IMG/VR virus record: IMGVR_UViG_3300021979_000001
Coordinates: 393,166-457,165 of that record
Strand: one strand, 5' to 3'
Origin: a virus
Lineage: Duplodnaviria > Heunggongvirae > Uroviricota > Caudoviricetes
DNA length: 64,000 nucleotides
Both the position numbers and the translations under genes were made by a program. A model generated the notes under the pieces. That model did not search any database and was not told the origin of the DNA. It worked only from the letters and a program-made list of their open reading frames with translations. Below, one piece after another: positions 29,253 through 40,343 of the stretch (position 1 is the stretch's first letter; each line of letters opens with the position of its first letter).

Positions 29253-30236
29253 ATGACGAAACAAAGCGAAGTTGTAAATAATACAAAATACAAATGCGTT
29301 CATGAACATGGATTTGTTGGTCTGGTTGACCATATGGGATCAGACACCGCCGTATGTGATGCGGCAAGAACATCATACGGTGCTGGAACAAAAACGGTTC
29401 GTGAAAATCGTGGGTTGATTCGTCACCTAATGCGCGAAAGACACACTTCACCATTTGAAATGTGTGAAATTAAAATTCACGTAAAACTACCAATTTTTGT
29501 CATGAGGCAGTGGGTGCGGCATCGCACTGCCAGCCTAAATGAATATTCCGGGCGATATTCGGTCATGTCGGATGAAATGTATATTCCGGCAGAGGATTAT
29601 ATTCAGCCGCAATCAGCATCAAACAAACAGGGCCGTGCTGGTGAAATGTCACCACATGACAAAAAGGGTGTGAAATTTTTGATGGATGCATCGTTTGATC
29701 ATACCAATCAAATTTATCAGGCCCTTTTAACAGCGGCAGATGATTACGAAACCGATCTGGATAAACGGAATGTCATCTATGATGTGTATCAGTCAGATGA
29801 CACAATCTCACAGGAACTTACCGATGAATATCCAGGACTGACCCGCGAACTCGCACGTATTGTCATGCCCGTTTCAAATTATACAGAAATGTATTGGAAA
29901 CAGAATTTGCACAATATGTTACATTTGCTGAAACTTCGTGCTGACTCGCATGCCCAGCGTGAAATTCAGGATTACGCAAATGCACTTTACGAAATTATCA
30001 AACCGTTGTTTCCTTTGACCATTGAAGCATGGGAAGATTACGTTCGTGATTCTCGCAATAGTAGCCGAATGGAGCGAAACATTCTTCAAGACCTTATTTC
30101 GGCAGATGTTCCGGCGAGAGTAAAGTTTAATGACTTTCTTGAAAAACACGGATCAGTCAAATTTATTGGTGAATATTATGGTTTGTCTATTCGTGAAATG
30201 AATGAATTTATGAGTGCATGGGGTTTTGACAAATAA
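29253..30236 (+). CDS. thyX: Flavin-dependent thymidylate synthase
   Basis: HTSPFE, RQWVRHRTASLNEYSGRY ThyX motif, RELAR, HAQREI. Confidence 0.95.
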   Translation: MTKQSEVVNNTKYKCVHEHGFVGLVDHMGSDTAVCDAARTSYGAGTKTVRENRGLIRHLMRERHTSPFEMCEIKIHVKLPIFVMRQWVRHRTASLNEYSGRYSVMSDEMYIPAEDYIQPQSASNKQGRAGEMSPHDKKGVKFLMDASFDHTNQIYQALLTAADDYETDLDKRNVIYDVYQSDDTISQELTDEYPGLTRELARIVMPVSNYTEMYWKQNLHNMLHLLKLRADSHAQREIQDYANALYEIIKPLFPLTIEAWEDYVRDSRNSSRMERNILQDLISADVPARVKFNDFLEKHGSVKFIGEYYGLSIREMNEFMSAWGFDK

Positions 30237-31126
30237 TGGAACATTTCAAATATATTTCCAAAAAGACTAATTCGGTGTTCGATCCGCTTTTTACAAAAGC
30301 ACAAACGCATGTTCCTTGGAAGGAATGGTTTGAAAATTCTGATCGTCCGTTAGATTGTCGGGAAGAATATTTGAAAACCATTCATGAGTGGATCGGTAAG
30401 ACACAGCGCAATTGCGTGTTTGGTCTGGATCGTTTTACTGAACGTCACCTAATAAATGGAACAACCCAAACATTTGATGAAACGTATATGAAATATGCCG
30501 GGAAAAGATTACGGTTTTTTCCTGGAGAATATGCATATCATCGCCGGGTATTCTCAAATTATGCTTTCATCGATGATGATAACCCAACATTGGAAGATGG
30601 TGATTGGGTTATCGTTTCTGCCCCACATTGCACATTGGGTGACACTCACCCTAAAATGTGGGAAATGATGGATCGGGCATTAGAAAAAAATGTTCCGGTT
30701 ATTGTTGATTGTGCATATTTTGGCACATGTTCCGGGGTTATTATTGATGTTACCCATCCTGCTATTGAAAGTGTGTCCTTCTCTCTTACAAAGGGCCTGG
30801 GGATGGGTGACATTCGTTCTGGTATCCGGTATTCCAATATTCGGGATACCAACCCCATTTGCCAGCAAAATGAATATAATCACACTATTCTATCTGCGGC
30901 AAAAATTGGTTTATGGATGATGAGTCATTTTGGCCCAGATTTCATCCCAAACAAATATATAGATATGCAGAAATCGTTGTGTTCAGAGGTAGGTATTCAA
31001 CCCACAAAATGTATGCATTTGGCGCTAGGGGATGCTTCGAGATGGCCGGATCACATCATTGATGGAAAATATTACCGTCTTGGTATTCGGGAATTGATCA
31101 AAGCCCGGAGAAAGGGTGAGATATGA
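30236..31126 (+). CDS. PLP-dependent (fold type I) aminotransferase/decarboxylase-like enzyme
   Basis: NGTTQTFD, VIVDCAY (PLP Asp) and SFSLTKGLG...RSG (Schiff-base Lys); TAATG-coupled to thyX. Confidence 0.65.
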   Translation: MEHFKYISKKTNSVFDPLFTKAQTHVPWKEWFENSDRPLDCREEYLKTIHEWIGKTQRNCVFGLDRFTERHLINGTTQTFDETYMKYAGKRLRFFPGEYAYHRRVFSNYAFIDDDNPTLEDGDWVIVSAPHCTLGDTHPKMWEMMDRALEKNVPVIVDCAYFGTCSGVIIDVTHPAIESVSFSLTKGLGMGDIRSGIRYSNIRDTNPICQQNEYNHTILSAAKIGLWMMSHFGPDFIPNKYIDMQKSLCSEVGIQPTKCMHLALGDASRWPDHIIDGKYYRLGIRELIKARRKGEI

Positions 31127-32244
31127 GCGAAGATTTGAAATTTTCTGAATATGATTTCACAAAAATTCCGTTTGACAAAATTGTTAGTTTTGGTCAACGG
31201 ACCATGCTCTATCGTGACACGTTCACGGTTTCATGGTTATTGGGGCGGTATTGCAACTACAACTGTTCATACTGTTGGCCGTATGCCCGTAGTGACACAA
31301 AAGACCACCGCCCAACCGGGCTGGTGATCAAAACGATTGATGAAATAAAAAGACAGGCCCGTGATAATGGGTTTAATAGTTTCCATTTCTCTTTTTCCGG
31401 TGGTGAACCGACACTGCATCCGGGCTTTCTTGAAATTTTGTCGCATTATTCCTCCGATATGGAAAACTGCAATAATCAAACCACACATATTACATCAAAT
31501 ATCTCACGCGGTATGCGATGGTTTGAAAAATACGTTACTGCAACCAAAGATTTGAACCGGGTATCAGTAACGGCATCCTGGCATCGGGAACATGGCATCA
31601 AAAAAGGTGACATAGAAGGTCATAAAATCAGTTTTGCCGATAAGTTGGTCTATTTGCAGGAACACGATGTGCAAGTAACGATCAATATGGTCATGGTCCC
31701 AGACATGTTTGAAGAACTATGGGGCGAGGCAGTGTATTTTCATGAACGTGGCATAAATGTAACGTTAAAACCGCAAAGCGATCCAACTGCAAGCGTTATC
31801 GTATCTGGTTATACCGATGATCAAATGAATCGTCTTCACAATGGTATGCCCCAGCGTGATTTTACTGGTATTAAGGCCAAAGTGAAACACCCGACTGGCA
31901 ATAACATGTATGCAGTAGCAAAGGCTCGTGGTGCCGATTTATCGGTTCCCCTGTCAATGCAGGTTGAGTTCAAGGATGAAGATGGAACGGTCTGGTATAT
32001 GGATCAGGCCGAACGGTTTAATGCGTTTGGATTTAACAAATTCACCGGATGGAAATGCAATGCCGGGTATCAAAGCATTATTATCCGTGAACCGGATGGC
32101 TCGATTAAACGTAGTTATTCGTGTCATGATCAGCCACTTGGTAACATTGCTACCGGGTTTAATTTGTTCCCAGGCCCCAAAGAATGCATTACTCCATCGT
32201 GCGTTAGTAGTGCAGACAGCAAAATTCCGAAATACAAACTATGA
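31123..32244 (+). CDS. Radical SAM enzyme with C-terminal Cys-rich auxiliary cluster domain
   Basis: CNYNCSYC, FSGGEPTLHP, C-terminal CNAG...SC...C...C. Confidence 0.88.
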   Translation: MSEDLKFSEYDFTKIPFDKIVSFGQRTMLYRDTFTVSWLLGRYCNYNCSYCWPYARSDTKDHRPTGLVIKTIDEIKRQARDNGFNSFHFSFSGGEPTLHPGFLEILSHYSSDMENCNNQTTHITSNISRGMRWFEKYVTATKDLNRVSVTASWHREHGIKKGDIEGHKISFADKLVYLQEHDVQVTINMVMVPDMFEELWGEAVYFHERGINVTLKPQSDPTASVIVSGYTDDQMNRLHNGMPQRDFTGIKAKVKHPTGNNMYAVAKARGADLSVPLSMQVEFKDEDGTVWYMDQAERFNAFGFNKFTGWKCNAGYQSIIIREPDGSIKRSYSCHDQPLGNIATGFNLFPGPKECITPSCVSSADSKIPKYKL

Positions 32245-32328
32245 AAAAATACCGTATTTATTCCAAAAATTAGTTGGGATAACCTACTGATATACCTATA
32301 TATCGTCAAAATATTGATTGAACAAAAT

Positions 32329-32361
32329 AAAATCCCACCATTGTTTGATGGTGGGATTTTT
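32329..32361 (+). terminator. Terminator after the thyX operon
   Basis: AAAATCCCACCAT/ATGGTGGGATTTT inverted repeat. Confidence 0.75.
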
Positions 32362-32400
32362 AATAAATATAAGTATTAGAAATTGCATGGATTGCACATA

Positions 32401-33906
32401 ATGAAAAAAACAACAATTTTATCCGAGCGGTATTCAAAAGAATTAATGGGTTTTTTGAAATATATGAAACAACCGATTGATCATTATGTAGTATGGGAAT
32501 ATTTCGCAGATTGGTTTGAAAATAATTATGCGGATGATGACGACGCTATAGAATGGCTTGATGTGGCAACGGATGGGATGGTATCAAGTGAAGGTGTCGA
32601 ACCTGCTTTAGATGAAATTCGTTATAATCAAAATCCAGAACTTTTTGATACCCTACCTGACTATATACAAAATGATTTCAAAGGCGATATTTCTGAATTA
32701 ATCACACGGAAATTACAAGATGATCCGGTAAACACAGATACTCGTGCATACATGACATTGAATGATATGAAACCATTGAACCGAAATACCTGGTTGGTTC
32801 ATTTCACCGAATATGCTGATTATATTGCGGTTGAAGGGTTCACGCGGGCGGTTACAAACGTTGATAAACTTGGTTTGACAAAACAGGGTTTGTCCGATTA
32901 TGAATATTCGGATGATGGATATTCATTTGCATTTGAAGCCGCATCTAGGGATGCAATATATGTAGCGCATGATGAAAAATATGGTGATGAATGCGTAGTA
33001 TTTCAGAATAGTGGTGTTAGTGCATGGCATAATGGCGACGATGAAAATCAAGTTATATTTCATTCGAAAGACGTTGACCCAAAAAATATTATTCGCATGA
33101 AAAAAGTTGATGGTGACTGGGTAGTGTTACCTCACCCCAAAAAAGAAAATCGATATGGTAGACATGATCTGGACGGGGGATTAATTGCAGGGTCTTATGA
33201 GAAAATGATTGAATGGATTAAAACTAATAATAGACAATACTCAAAAGCATTATTTGAAAATACCAAATTAGAGGAAAATGGAAATACAATGCGAGATTTA
33301 ATGCGATTATGCGAAACACACGAACTTTCCGTGGGCGATAGCTGGGTGTATAAAGAAAATCCAGTAGTCAAAAAAACCATTGTTGGAATTGAACAGCGGA
33401 ACGGCCAGGACATTTATCTTGTTCAAGTAGATGGTGAACGTTCGGCTGATTTATTATCGGCGGAAATGGTAATGAAAATGCGCGAAGTCGATGCCGCGAA
33501 TTTGATCACACGTCGTGAAACCAATAAAAAAGAACAAATGCAAATGATGCGCCAACTGGAACAGGAACGTGAGCGCAATGATGTTGATGGATTTGATGCA
33601 GGTATGTCTGCTTTACAGCGTGGTAAGGTTCTCTCCGCCTTGAATACAAAAGTCATGTATCATAATATTCCGATTAGTCGTCGTGATCTTATTCGAAAAA
33701 AAGTGAAAGATGGTGCATATATTGATTCCGTAGCAAATAAACCAGTATTGATGATGCCAGATGATACTTTTTTACCGCAAGCAGCACTAACTAAAATTGG
33801 TATGGATTATGCTCGATATTTAATGTCTATGACGAATACTGATCAATCGAGTATATCTGATGATATTATTTCCGACATGGAAATAGATGCATTATTCGGT
33901 AAATGA
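32401..33906 (+). CDS. Multidomain late protein, possibly ART-fold N-terminal part
   Basis: TAAATA upstream; WLVHFT...YSFAF...ENQVIF pattern; internal MRDLMRLCE resembles a fused gene start. Confidence 0.55.
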   Translation: MKKTTILSERYSKELMGFLKYMKQPIDHYVVWEYFADWFENNYADDDDAIEWLDVATDGMVSSEGVEPALDEIRYNQNPELFDTLPDYIQNDFKGDISELITRKLQDDPVNTDTRAYMTLNDMKPLNRNTWLVHFTEYADYIAVEGFTRAVTNVDKLGLTKQGLSDYEYSDDGYSFAFEAASRDAIYVAHDEKYGDECVVFQNSGVSAWHNGDDENQVIFHSKDVDPKNIIRMKKVDGDWVVLPHPKKENRYGRHDLDGGLIAGSYEKMIEWIKTNNRQYSKALFENTKLEENGNTMRDLMRLCETHELSVGDSWVYKENPVVKKTIVGIEQRNGQDIYLVQVDGERSADLLSAEMVMKMREVDAANLITRRETNKKEQMQMMRQLEQERERNDVDGFDAGMSALQRGKVLSALNTKVMYHNIPISRRDLIRKKVKDGAYIDSVANKPVLMMPDDTFLPQAALTKIGMDYARYLMSMTNTDQSSISDDIISDMEIDALFGK

Positions 33907-33907
33907 T

Positions 33908-34672
33908 ATGAGATATTCAGATATTATAGAAGACGTTGCATTTCCGGCATCAATGACTGGAACAAAATTTTATCATGGTAGTGCTAGTGTCATTTATGCT
34001 CGCAAAATCATGAAAAATGGGATTCAACCACCAGAAATTACAACGAATACAAACATGTCTCCGGTGAAAGGCAAAGTGTATATAACACCGAGTCTTGATT
34101 ATGCTGTGACATATGCAGTTGGTGGTGTATTTTTTGACAATGAACTTTATCGGGTTCCATATAAAACAAATATAGATACATTCCGACATATGTTTTCTGA
34201 TGATAAAAACAGCAAACATTATGGACGGTATGGATATTTATTTGTTATTTCTGGTGACGAATTAAATCTAGTGCAACCAGACGAAGATTCAATCGGTGAA
34301 TTATTGAGTGAAATATTGAATAATGGTTCTGGGGTTGAATATTATTCATCTAGCATGACTGGTGCATATAAAAAAGCATTGGCAGATACCTATTTAACCC
34401 AGGAAATTCGGAGAATTGCTACCAGAAAATATTCACCTAAGACGCTAAACCGCATCAAAGACGGAGATTATGGTTGGATCGCCCGTGTTGGCAAAGGGAT
34501 TGTTAAGGAATTATCAGATATTTCAAAAGCAAAAATGGTGGAATATGGGTTCCATATCGCGCATACCGGGGCCATTATACCAGATGAAGTGTGGAAAATT
34601 GATAAAACAAAAGTTGGTTGGATAAAAAAGGATTGTAGCAATTTCTTTGAAATAGCAAAACGCGTCCGATAA
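33908..34672 (+). CDS. ADP-ribosyltransferase-fold protein (putative)
   Basis: FYHGS...IMKNGIQP...KVYITPSLDYAVTYA, an H-Y-type ART signature. Confidence 0.55.
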   Translation: MRYSDIIEDVAFPASMTGTKFYHGSASVIYARKIMKNGIQPPEITTNTNMSPVKGKVYITPSLDYAVTYAVGGVFFDNELYRVPYKTNIDTFRHMFSDDKNSKHYGRYGYLFVISGDELNLVQPDEDSIGELLSEILNNGSGVEYYSSSMTGAYKKALADTYLTQEIRRIATRKYSPKTLNRIKDGDYGWIARVGKGIVKELSDISKAKMVEYGFHIAHTGAIIPDEVWKIDKTKVGWIKKDCSNFFEIAKRVR

Positions 34673-34737
34673 TATTGCATTCGTAACAGATATTTAGTAA
34701 GATATACCGAGATATTTATGAATTAGGTAAGACATAA

Positions 34738-35145
34738 ATGAGACGGTTTATTAAAAAAATCACGGCTTTTGTGATCGTCATTCCTATAGTGATGATTGCA
34801 TATTCTGTTATTATTGCGGCCCAAGTTTCAAATGATTTGCCATCATATAAATTGCTGACACAGCGATGCAACAAGTCATATGGCGTTGTGGTGTTCGACC
34901 TAAAAGAACCATATGCCGGTAAAATATTGTCTGATTTGAAATTTGCAACCGATGGTTCCTGGATTGCATGTTCTGATATGAAATCTGAAATGAAAATCAT
35001 TCCACTATCTGATACCATTCTATGTATTGATGATGTAGTTTATACATATGAGAAGAAAATGAATTCAACGATGAATGGAATTATAGGCATACGTGATAAA
35101 AACGGTAATATAAAAACCGGATGCACCAAAAAGGGACATGAATAA
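34738..35145 (+). CDS. Hypothetical membrane-anchored protein
   Basis: N-terminal TM helix. Confidence 0.55.
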   Translation: MRRFIKKITAFVIVIPIVMIAYSVIIAAQVSNDLPSYKLLTQRCNKSYGVVVFDLKEPYAGKILSDLKFATDGSWIACSDMKSEMKIIPLSDTILCIDDVVYTYEKKMNSTMNGIIGIRDKNGNIKTGCTKKGHE

Positions 35146-35148
35146 ACA

Positions 35149-36651
35149 ATGCTTGATATGTTATTGGTAAGTGTTCCCAGATTGACTATTGATGTTCCAC
35201 CGTTATCTATTGCTGCATTAAAATCATGCGTGGTTAATGCTGGATACACCGCAAAATGTCAGGATATGAATATATCATTGTATCATCATTTGACTTTTGA
35301 AGAATGGTTGGAAATCGATGATTATTTTCAGACTGATTTGAGATATACTAATTCAACCGAAGATGGGGCCGGGACACGCGATATTGATTTCACAACGATG
35401 CATCAAACTCGACTTGGTGGATTGTCGGTTCGTGAAAAATATCTGGATTTTTTAAGAAATTATGCGATTGACGTGCTGAAACAAAAACCAAGATGGTTGG
35501 GCGTATCGGTGTTTTCGGTTAATTCAATATTAGCAACTATTGATTTTTGTTCATTGATTAAAGAACTTAATCCACATCAAAAAATTATTTTAGGTGGTTG
35601 TGGGGTATCTTCGTTTGGTATTGCAAGTAAATCCAATTTCGGGACATTTATGTTGGACCGAGGATTAGCTGATAAGTATATCGCGGGGGAAGGTGAATAC
35701 GCGATTACCGAATTACTTGATACCGATGATACACTTCACACGCATCAACCGCAAATAGATGACTTGGATGCGTTACCGTATGGCGATTATTCTGATTTTG
35801 ACTTTAGCAAATACCCTGGCACTAACAATTTGATATATTTGACGGGATCGAGAGGATGTATTCGATCATGCACTTTCTGTGATATTAATTCATTATGGGC
35901 AAAATTTCGGTTTCGCACTGGGAAAAGCCTTGCTGGTGAAATTATGAATGCCCATGAAAAATATGGTTCGACTGAATTTTATTTTACTGATAGCCTGATC
36001 AATGGAAATGTTCGGGAATTGCGCGAATTGTGCAAATATTTAATTGAATTAAAAGAGCAGGGGAAATTACCACAACATTCGCATTTCGGTGGACAATGGA
36101 TTGCACGTCCAAAAAACCAAACACCTGATGATTTTTTTGATCTATGCTCACGTGCTGGATTATATAACATTAGTATCGGCGTTGAGAGTGGTAGTGACAA
36201 AGTATTGCAGGATATGCAAAAAGGTGTCACGCGAGTGGATATGGACTATACAATGGAAATGTTGTCCAAATACGGGATTCGTGCTAATATGTTGATGTTG
36301 GTTGGTTATCCAACGGAAACAGAAGAAGATTTTCAAAATACACTGAATATGTTCACTGATTATCAGATATATTCTGATGCCGGTATTATTTGGGGAGTTA
36401 ATCTTGGCAAAACCATGGTCATATTACCTGGGGCACCAATTGGCAAAACCCCGCCCGAAGAATGGGGAATGTCTTTTGACAAAGATGGAAATTGGGTTAT
36501 GGGTGATAATGATTATAATACTCGCGTCACTCGCCGCATCCGGGCACAGTATCATTGTGAAAATCTCGGATATGTTGTTAAGTCAACGGTGGTTAACATT
36601 AATTCACTCCATCAAATTATGAACAAGGGTGGATACGATTCATTGGGGTAA
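35149..36651 (+). CDS. B12-binding (class B) radical SAM enzyme
   Basis: PPLSIAALKS...GVSVFS...IILGG...GEGE cobalamin domain; GSRGCIRSCTFC; FTDSLING; IGVESGS; VGYPTET. Confidence 0.88.
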   Translation: MLDMLLVSVPRLTIDVPPLSIAALKSCVVNAGYTAKCQDMNISLYHHLTFEEWLEIDDYFQTDLRYTNSTEDGAGTRDIDFTTMHQTRLGGLSVREKYLDFLRNYAIDVLKQKPRWLGVSVFSVNSILATIDFCSLIKELNPHQKIILGGCGVSSFGIASKSNFGTFMLDRGLADKYIAGEGEYAITELLDTDDTLHTHQPQIDDLDALPYGDYSDFDFSKYPGTNNLIYLTGSRGCIRSCTFCDINSLWAKFRFRTGKSLAGEIMNAHEKYGSTEFYFTDSLINGNVRELRELCKYLIELKEQGKLPQHSHFGGQWIARPKNQTPDDFFDLCSRAGLYNISIGVESGSDKVLQDMQKGVTRVDMDYTMEMLSKYGIRANMLMLVGYPTETEEDFQNTLNMFTDYQIYSDAGIIWGVNLGKTMVILPGAPIGKTPPEEWGMSFDKDGNWVMGDNDYNTRVTRRIRAQYHCENLGYVVKSTVVNINSLHQIMNKGGYDSLG

Positions 36652-36688
36652 CATACGTCGGTAGTTTTCCGGGGATAAGTGGTATTAA

Positions 36689-37051
36689 ATGACTGATATT
36701 TTGATTTATCTATTTAACGGTGCGCAACCAATTGCATATTGGACATGCGTCATTATGTTTTGGTGGTTGATTGGGTTGGTAATTCCATTACTGACAATAC
36801 CGAGAAAAAAACATTTAGTCATTTTAATTGTAATGTTAAGTATCATGATCGGTGGTGGATTTTTGACTTGGATATTTACCCCAGAAACGATGAAACCGGG
36901 TAGATATTGTGAACCGATAACGATTAAATATTCAGATAATGATATTTCGTTCATTATGCATGCGAAAAAATGTCGAAGCAAAATTATCGGCGATCAAAAA
37001 TTGAGTGATTGGGGTATTACCAAAAATGGTAGGATCGAGTTCATTCATTAA
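36689..37051 (+). CDS. Hypothetical 2-TM membrane protein
   Basis: Two hydrophobic helices. Confidence 0.55.
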   Translation: MTDILIYLFNGAQPIAYWTCVIMFWWLIGLVIPLLTIPRKKHLVILIVMLSIMIGGGFLTWIFTPETMKPGRYCEPITIKYSDNDISFIMHAKKCRSKIIGDQKLSDWGITKNGRIEFIH

Positions 37052-37151
37052 CACTGAAACTCGGCACGGATGACATTAGCTAACAACAAATCGCCAAATG
37101 ACAGCTCATTAATGTAATGGGTGGTTATTTTTGATAAAGGAAAACCCGATA

Positions 37152-38696
37152 ATGCTTAAACGTATTAAATATATCGAACTATTAGAAGACTTCATCGAAT
37201 GTAATTCAACGATAGCCGAAATTATGAAATTTCGGGATGATAGCTTTAAAACGGTAGATGAAGAAAAATTTACCATCGATCAATATTTGGTATGGTCAGG
37301 GATTGCCCGTCAAGTAATACAGATTCCGAGAACACATGGTTTTGATTTTGCTGCGTTTATGGATAAAACCAAAGATTTACCCGATTTCCTTTTTGTATTA
37401 TTAGTTACGACCATATTTAGAAATGAGAGATTGTTTAAACGTAATTATTATCGACATAAATCTAACTATATGTTTACTTATTTAGAAACCAATGAAAACT
37501 ATGAACCCAATCAAATTATCGTTACATTTTATATTTGTGGTCTATTTAAAGCATTTAATAAACCATACCAGTTCATGTTAGATTTTGTCGATACCATCGG
37601 AAAAAATAATATAAATGAACGCGAATTTTCTAAATTTGTCGATGCATTGCTACAATTTGATATATCAAAAGTAAATTATGATGCTGACTTTGAGTCTAAT
37701 GCAACCAGCACCATGGTTATACCTGATTGGGTATTTGTAAATTACGTATTAATGCGGCTGGCATCGTATATCAACTATAATAAAATCGATTATACATCAT
37801 CTTCTAGTCAAGTGTTTAAATTGTATTCGCTAATGTTTAATAATAAGAAATTTGTGAACATTATCGAAAAGATTCGTAGTCTTAATTGTGAGGATTATGA
37901 TTATACCGGTTTCCCATATGCCGAGGATTTTGTTGACGTTGCACATTATAAAGAACTGAATCATTTTTTAGATAATACTACTTTATCATTAATTAAGTGT
38001 TTAAATTTCCAGATACATCCAGACACCTTATTCCATACGTTGGAACAGTTGATAATATATTCACCGGTTATTGATTATTCCTGCTTAACTACATTGGAGA
38101 ATATAACTAAAATAAATCAAGCTAAATCAATATATGATATTACTTTTGGTCGCATCGATTTAATAACATTGACTAAATTATTTAATATATTAAAAGATCG
38201 ATTTAATAAATATAAATTTATATCACCTTGGTCAAGTCGATTATTATCATTAGATAACGATATTATATTAATTTCGAAAATGGCAAATATTAGTAATCCA
38301 TTAACTGATATATATGATTATTATATCGCATTCAAAACTATATCTAATAATCCAAGTCAGTTCGTTTATATGAATGAATACCAACGATATACTACGATGT
38401 TGTGGAACAATATTAATAAATCACCGCGCATGATAGATATATGGTGCGAAAGTTTATCCGTATTTGAATTGCATGAGCCTGATGCTGGTATTGATTCTAG
38501 TGATATTTTCGTATTGCCAATAAACAACATTCCTGATACCGTATTTGTTGCGGCAATGATTGCTACTTTAAATATCCACATGTTCGATCCTAATGATTTG
38601 AATGTTATTATGGATCGGTTATCATCAAACGAAACCTTTGCATCTATACGCAACCAGGTAAATCAATTTGACCTCACCCGGTTCGGGATAAGCTAA
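37152..38696 (+). CDS. Hypothetical protein, paralogue family B copy 1
   Basis: Shared motifs PDFLFV, KPY.F..D, FVYM.EYQRY, WCESL, LPI..PDTVFVAAMI, DL.RFG. Confidence 0.75.
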   Translation: MLKRIKYIELLEDFIECNSTIAEIMKFRDDSFKTVDEEKFTIDQYLVWSGIARQVIQIPRTHGFDFAAFMDKTKDLPDFLFVLLVTTIFRNERLFKRNYYRHKSNYMFTYLETNENYEPNQIIVTFYICGLFKAFNKPYQFMLDFVDTIGKNNINEREFSKFVDALLQFDISKVNYDADFESNATSTMVIPDWVFVNYVLMRLASYINYNKIDYTSSSSQVFKLYSLMFNNKKFVNIIEKIRSLNCEDYDYTGFPYAEDFVDVAHYKELNHFLDNTTLSLIKCLNFQIHPDTLFHTLEQLIIYSPVIDYSCLTTLENITKINQAKSIYDITFGRIDLITLTKLFNILKDRFNKYKFISPWSSRLLSLDNDIILISKMANISNPLTDIYDYYIAFKTISNNPSQFVYMNEYQRYTTMLWNNINKSPRMIDIWCESLSVFELHEPDAGIDSSDIFVLPINNIPDTVFVAAMIATLNIHMFDPNDLNVIMDRLSSNETFASIRNQVNQFDLTRFGIS

Positions 38697-38722
38697 GACA
38701 CAATTTCACAGGGGATTTTCTA

Positions 38723-40330
38723 ATGACAGCAAATGCCGCCATTCGCAAACAATATATGCATATGATTAACGATTGCATGGAACACAAATGCGATATGGTG
38801 GAAGTTGTTGCCTTTCGTAATGAAAATTTCACCGAAATGCGTGACGATAAACTTACATATGGCGAATTAAAACAATATATCGAGTTGTATAAAGAACATG
38901 TTATACCATTTATTATTGGTGACGTAAACACACTGACGTTTGATATTGTAAACATGTTCCCGGATTTTTTGTTCGTGGATATTATGCATAATTATGGAAA
39001 AGTAAACGAAGATTTTCTTTTATCGTATGATAAAACCGGTTATTTTCATATTAACATGTTAATGTTTGGTAGTCAAAACTATGTTATTGATATGATGGAA
39101 AACCTGTTTGCTGACGGTGTGTTAGCACAAGTTAAATGCAAACCATATCATTTCATTATGGATGTTTGTTATAATTTAATTGAGCGGAAAGAAGAATTTC
39201 CACGGGTTGTAGAATTTCTGAATAAAATGGATTTTATTAATACTAATCATGCGACCGATGATCTTGTATTATTACCAAATCCTGAAATTTCAGATTTGGA
39301 TTTTATCAACGTGGTTATTTACATTTTGGCAAATCATGTTGCGCGCAAATCTGATATTGTGTCATCATCATGTAATCGGTTGCAGGCATATTCAATTATG
39401 TCAAATAATAAAACATTTATGGAATTGATTGAAAAACTTCGCAAACTTGATTTGCCGAAACGGTCAAGCATTAATGGAAAGACGGACGATCTCGATCTTC
39501 TTCCACACATGGAGGATAAAGTAGCATCGTCTCTTACGGTTCCATATATTATTTATGATAACATTATTAATAACGCAATAAAATACATGAATTTTGAAAT
39601 CAGTGTTGAAACTTTTTTATCCGATTGGAAGACATTGATGTCACTACACAAACCAGAATTTGATGATATGATATTCATGAATTGTGTTGCGCATATCAAT
39701 CGAGTGAAGACAATCGATGATGTTATTCGTTTCCTCACCAACAATAAGGTTAATCCTGTTTTAAACAAAACGTTGCATTATGTGGTGCCGGTGATAGCAC
39801 AAATATCTGCTGTGCTGATCAAACATACTGAAAAACGGAATAATGGTTTTAGTTGGACCCACCACACGTTTGCGGACCCGAACATTCCTTTTTTAATAAT
39901 GTTGTCCGAAGCTGGTCGGGAATTGAAAACGGCAAAGGACTATGCAACATCGTTGGGTGTGGTGGCGACAAATCTGGAATGTTTTGTGTATATGCCGGAA
40001 CATCAAAAATATTCATTGTTGCACTGGAATATGGTCGGGAAACTAAAACAATCCATAGCCGATTGGTGTAATAGTCTGTTATCATTTTCATTGGATGTTG
40101 TTTCGGATGATTTATCAGCCGAAGACATGTCATTCTTGCCAATTAGTTCGGTGCCGGATACTGTTTTTGTTGCAGCAATGATTGCGGCGCTCAAACATAA
40201 GCATGACCCGTATGCCCTGAAAACGATAATGGGCCAATTGAAAGCCAATGAGGTATTCATGAATACGGTGGATACCCTGGCTGAAAATGACTTGTCTCGG
40301 TTCGGCATCGATACCCTAAATCTCATTTAG
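38723..40330 (+). CDS. Hypothetical protein, paralogue family B copy 2
   Basis: Same motif set as copy 1. Confidence 0.75.
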   Translation: MTANAAIRKQYMHMINDCMEHKCDMVEVVAFRNENFTEMRDDKLTYGELKQYIELYKEHVIPFIIGDVNTLTFDIVNMFPDFLFVDIMHNYGKVNEDFLLSYDKTGYFHINMLMFGSQNYVIDMMENLFADGVLAQVKCKPYHFIMDVCYNLIERKEEFPRVVEFLNKMDFINTNHATDDLVLLPNPEISDLDFINVVIYILANHVARKSDIVSSSCNRLQAYSIMSNNKTFMELIEKLRKLDLPKRSSINGKTDDLDLLPHMEDKVASSLTVPYIIYDNIINNAIKYMNFEISVETFLSDWKTLMSLHKPEFDDMIFMNCVAHINRVKTIDDVIRFLTNNKVNPVLNKTLHYVVPVIAQISAVLIKHTEKRNNGFSWTHHTFADPNIPFLIMLSEAGRELKTAKDYATSLGVVATNLECFVYMPEHQKYSLLHWNMVGKLKQSIADWCNSLLSFSLDVVSDDLSAEDMSFLPISSVPDTVFVAAMIAALKHKHDPYALKTIMGQLKANEVFMNTVDTLAENDLSRFGIDTLNLI

Positions 40331-40343
40331 GATAGGTAAGATC

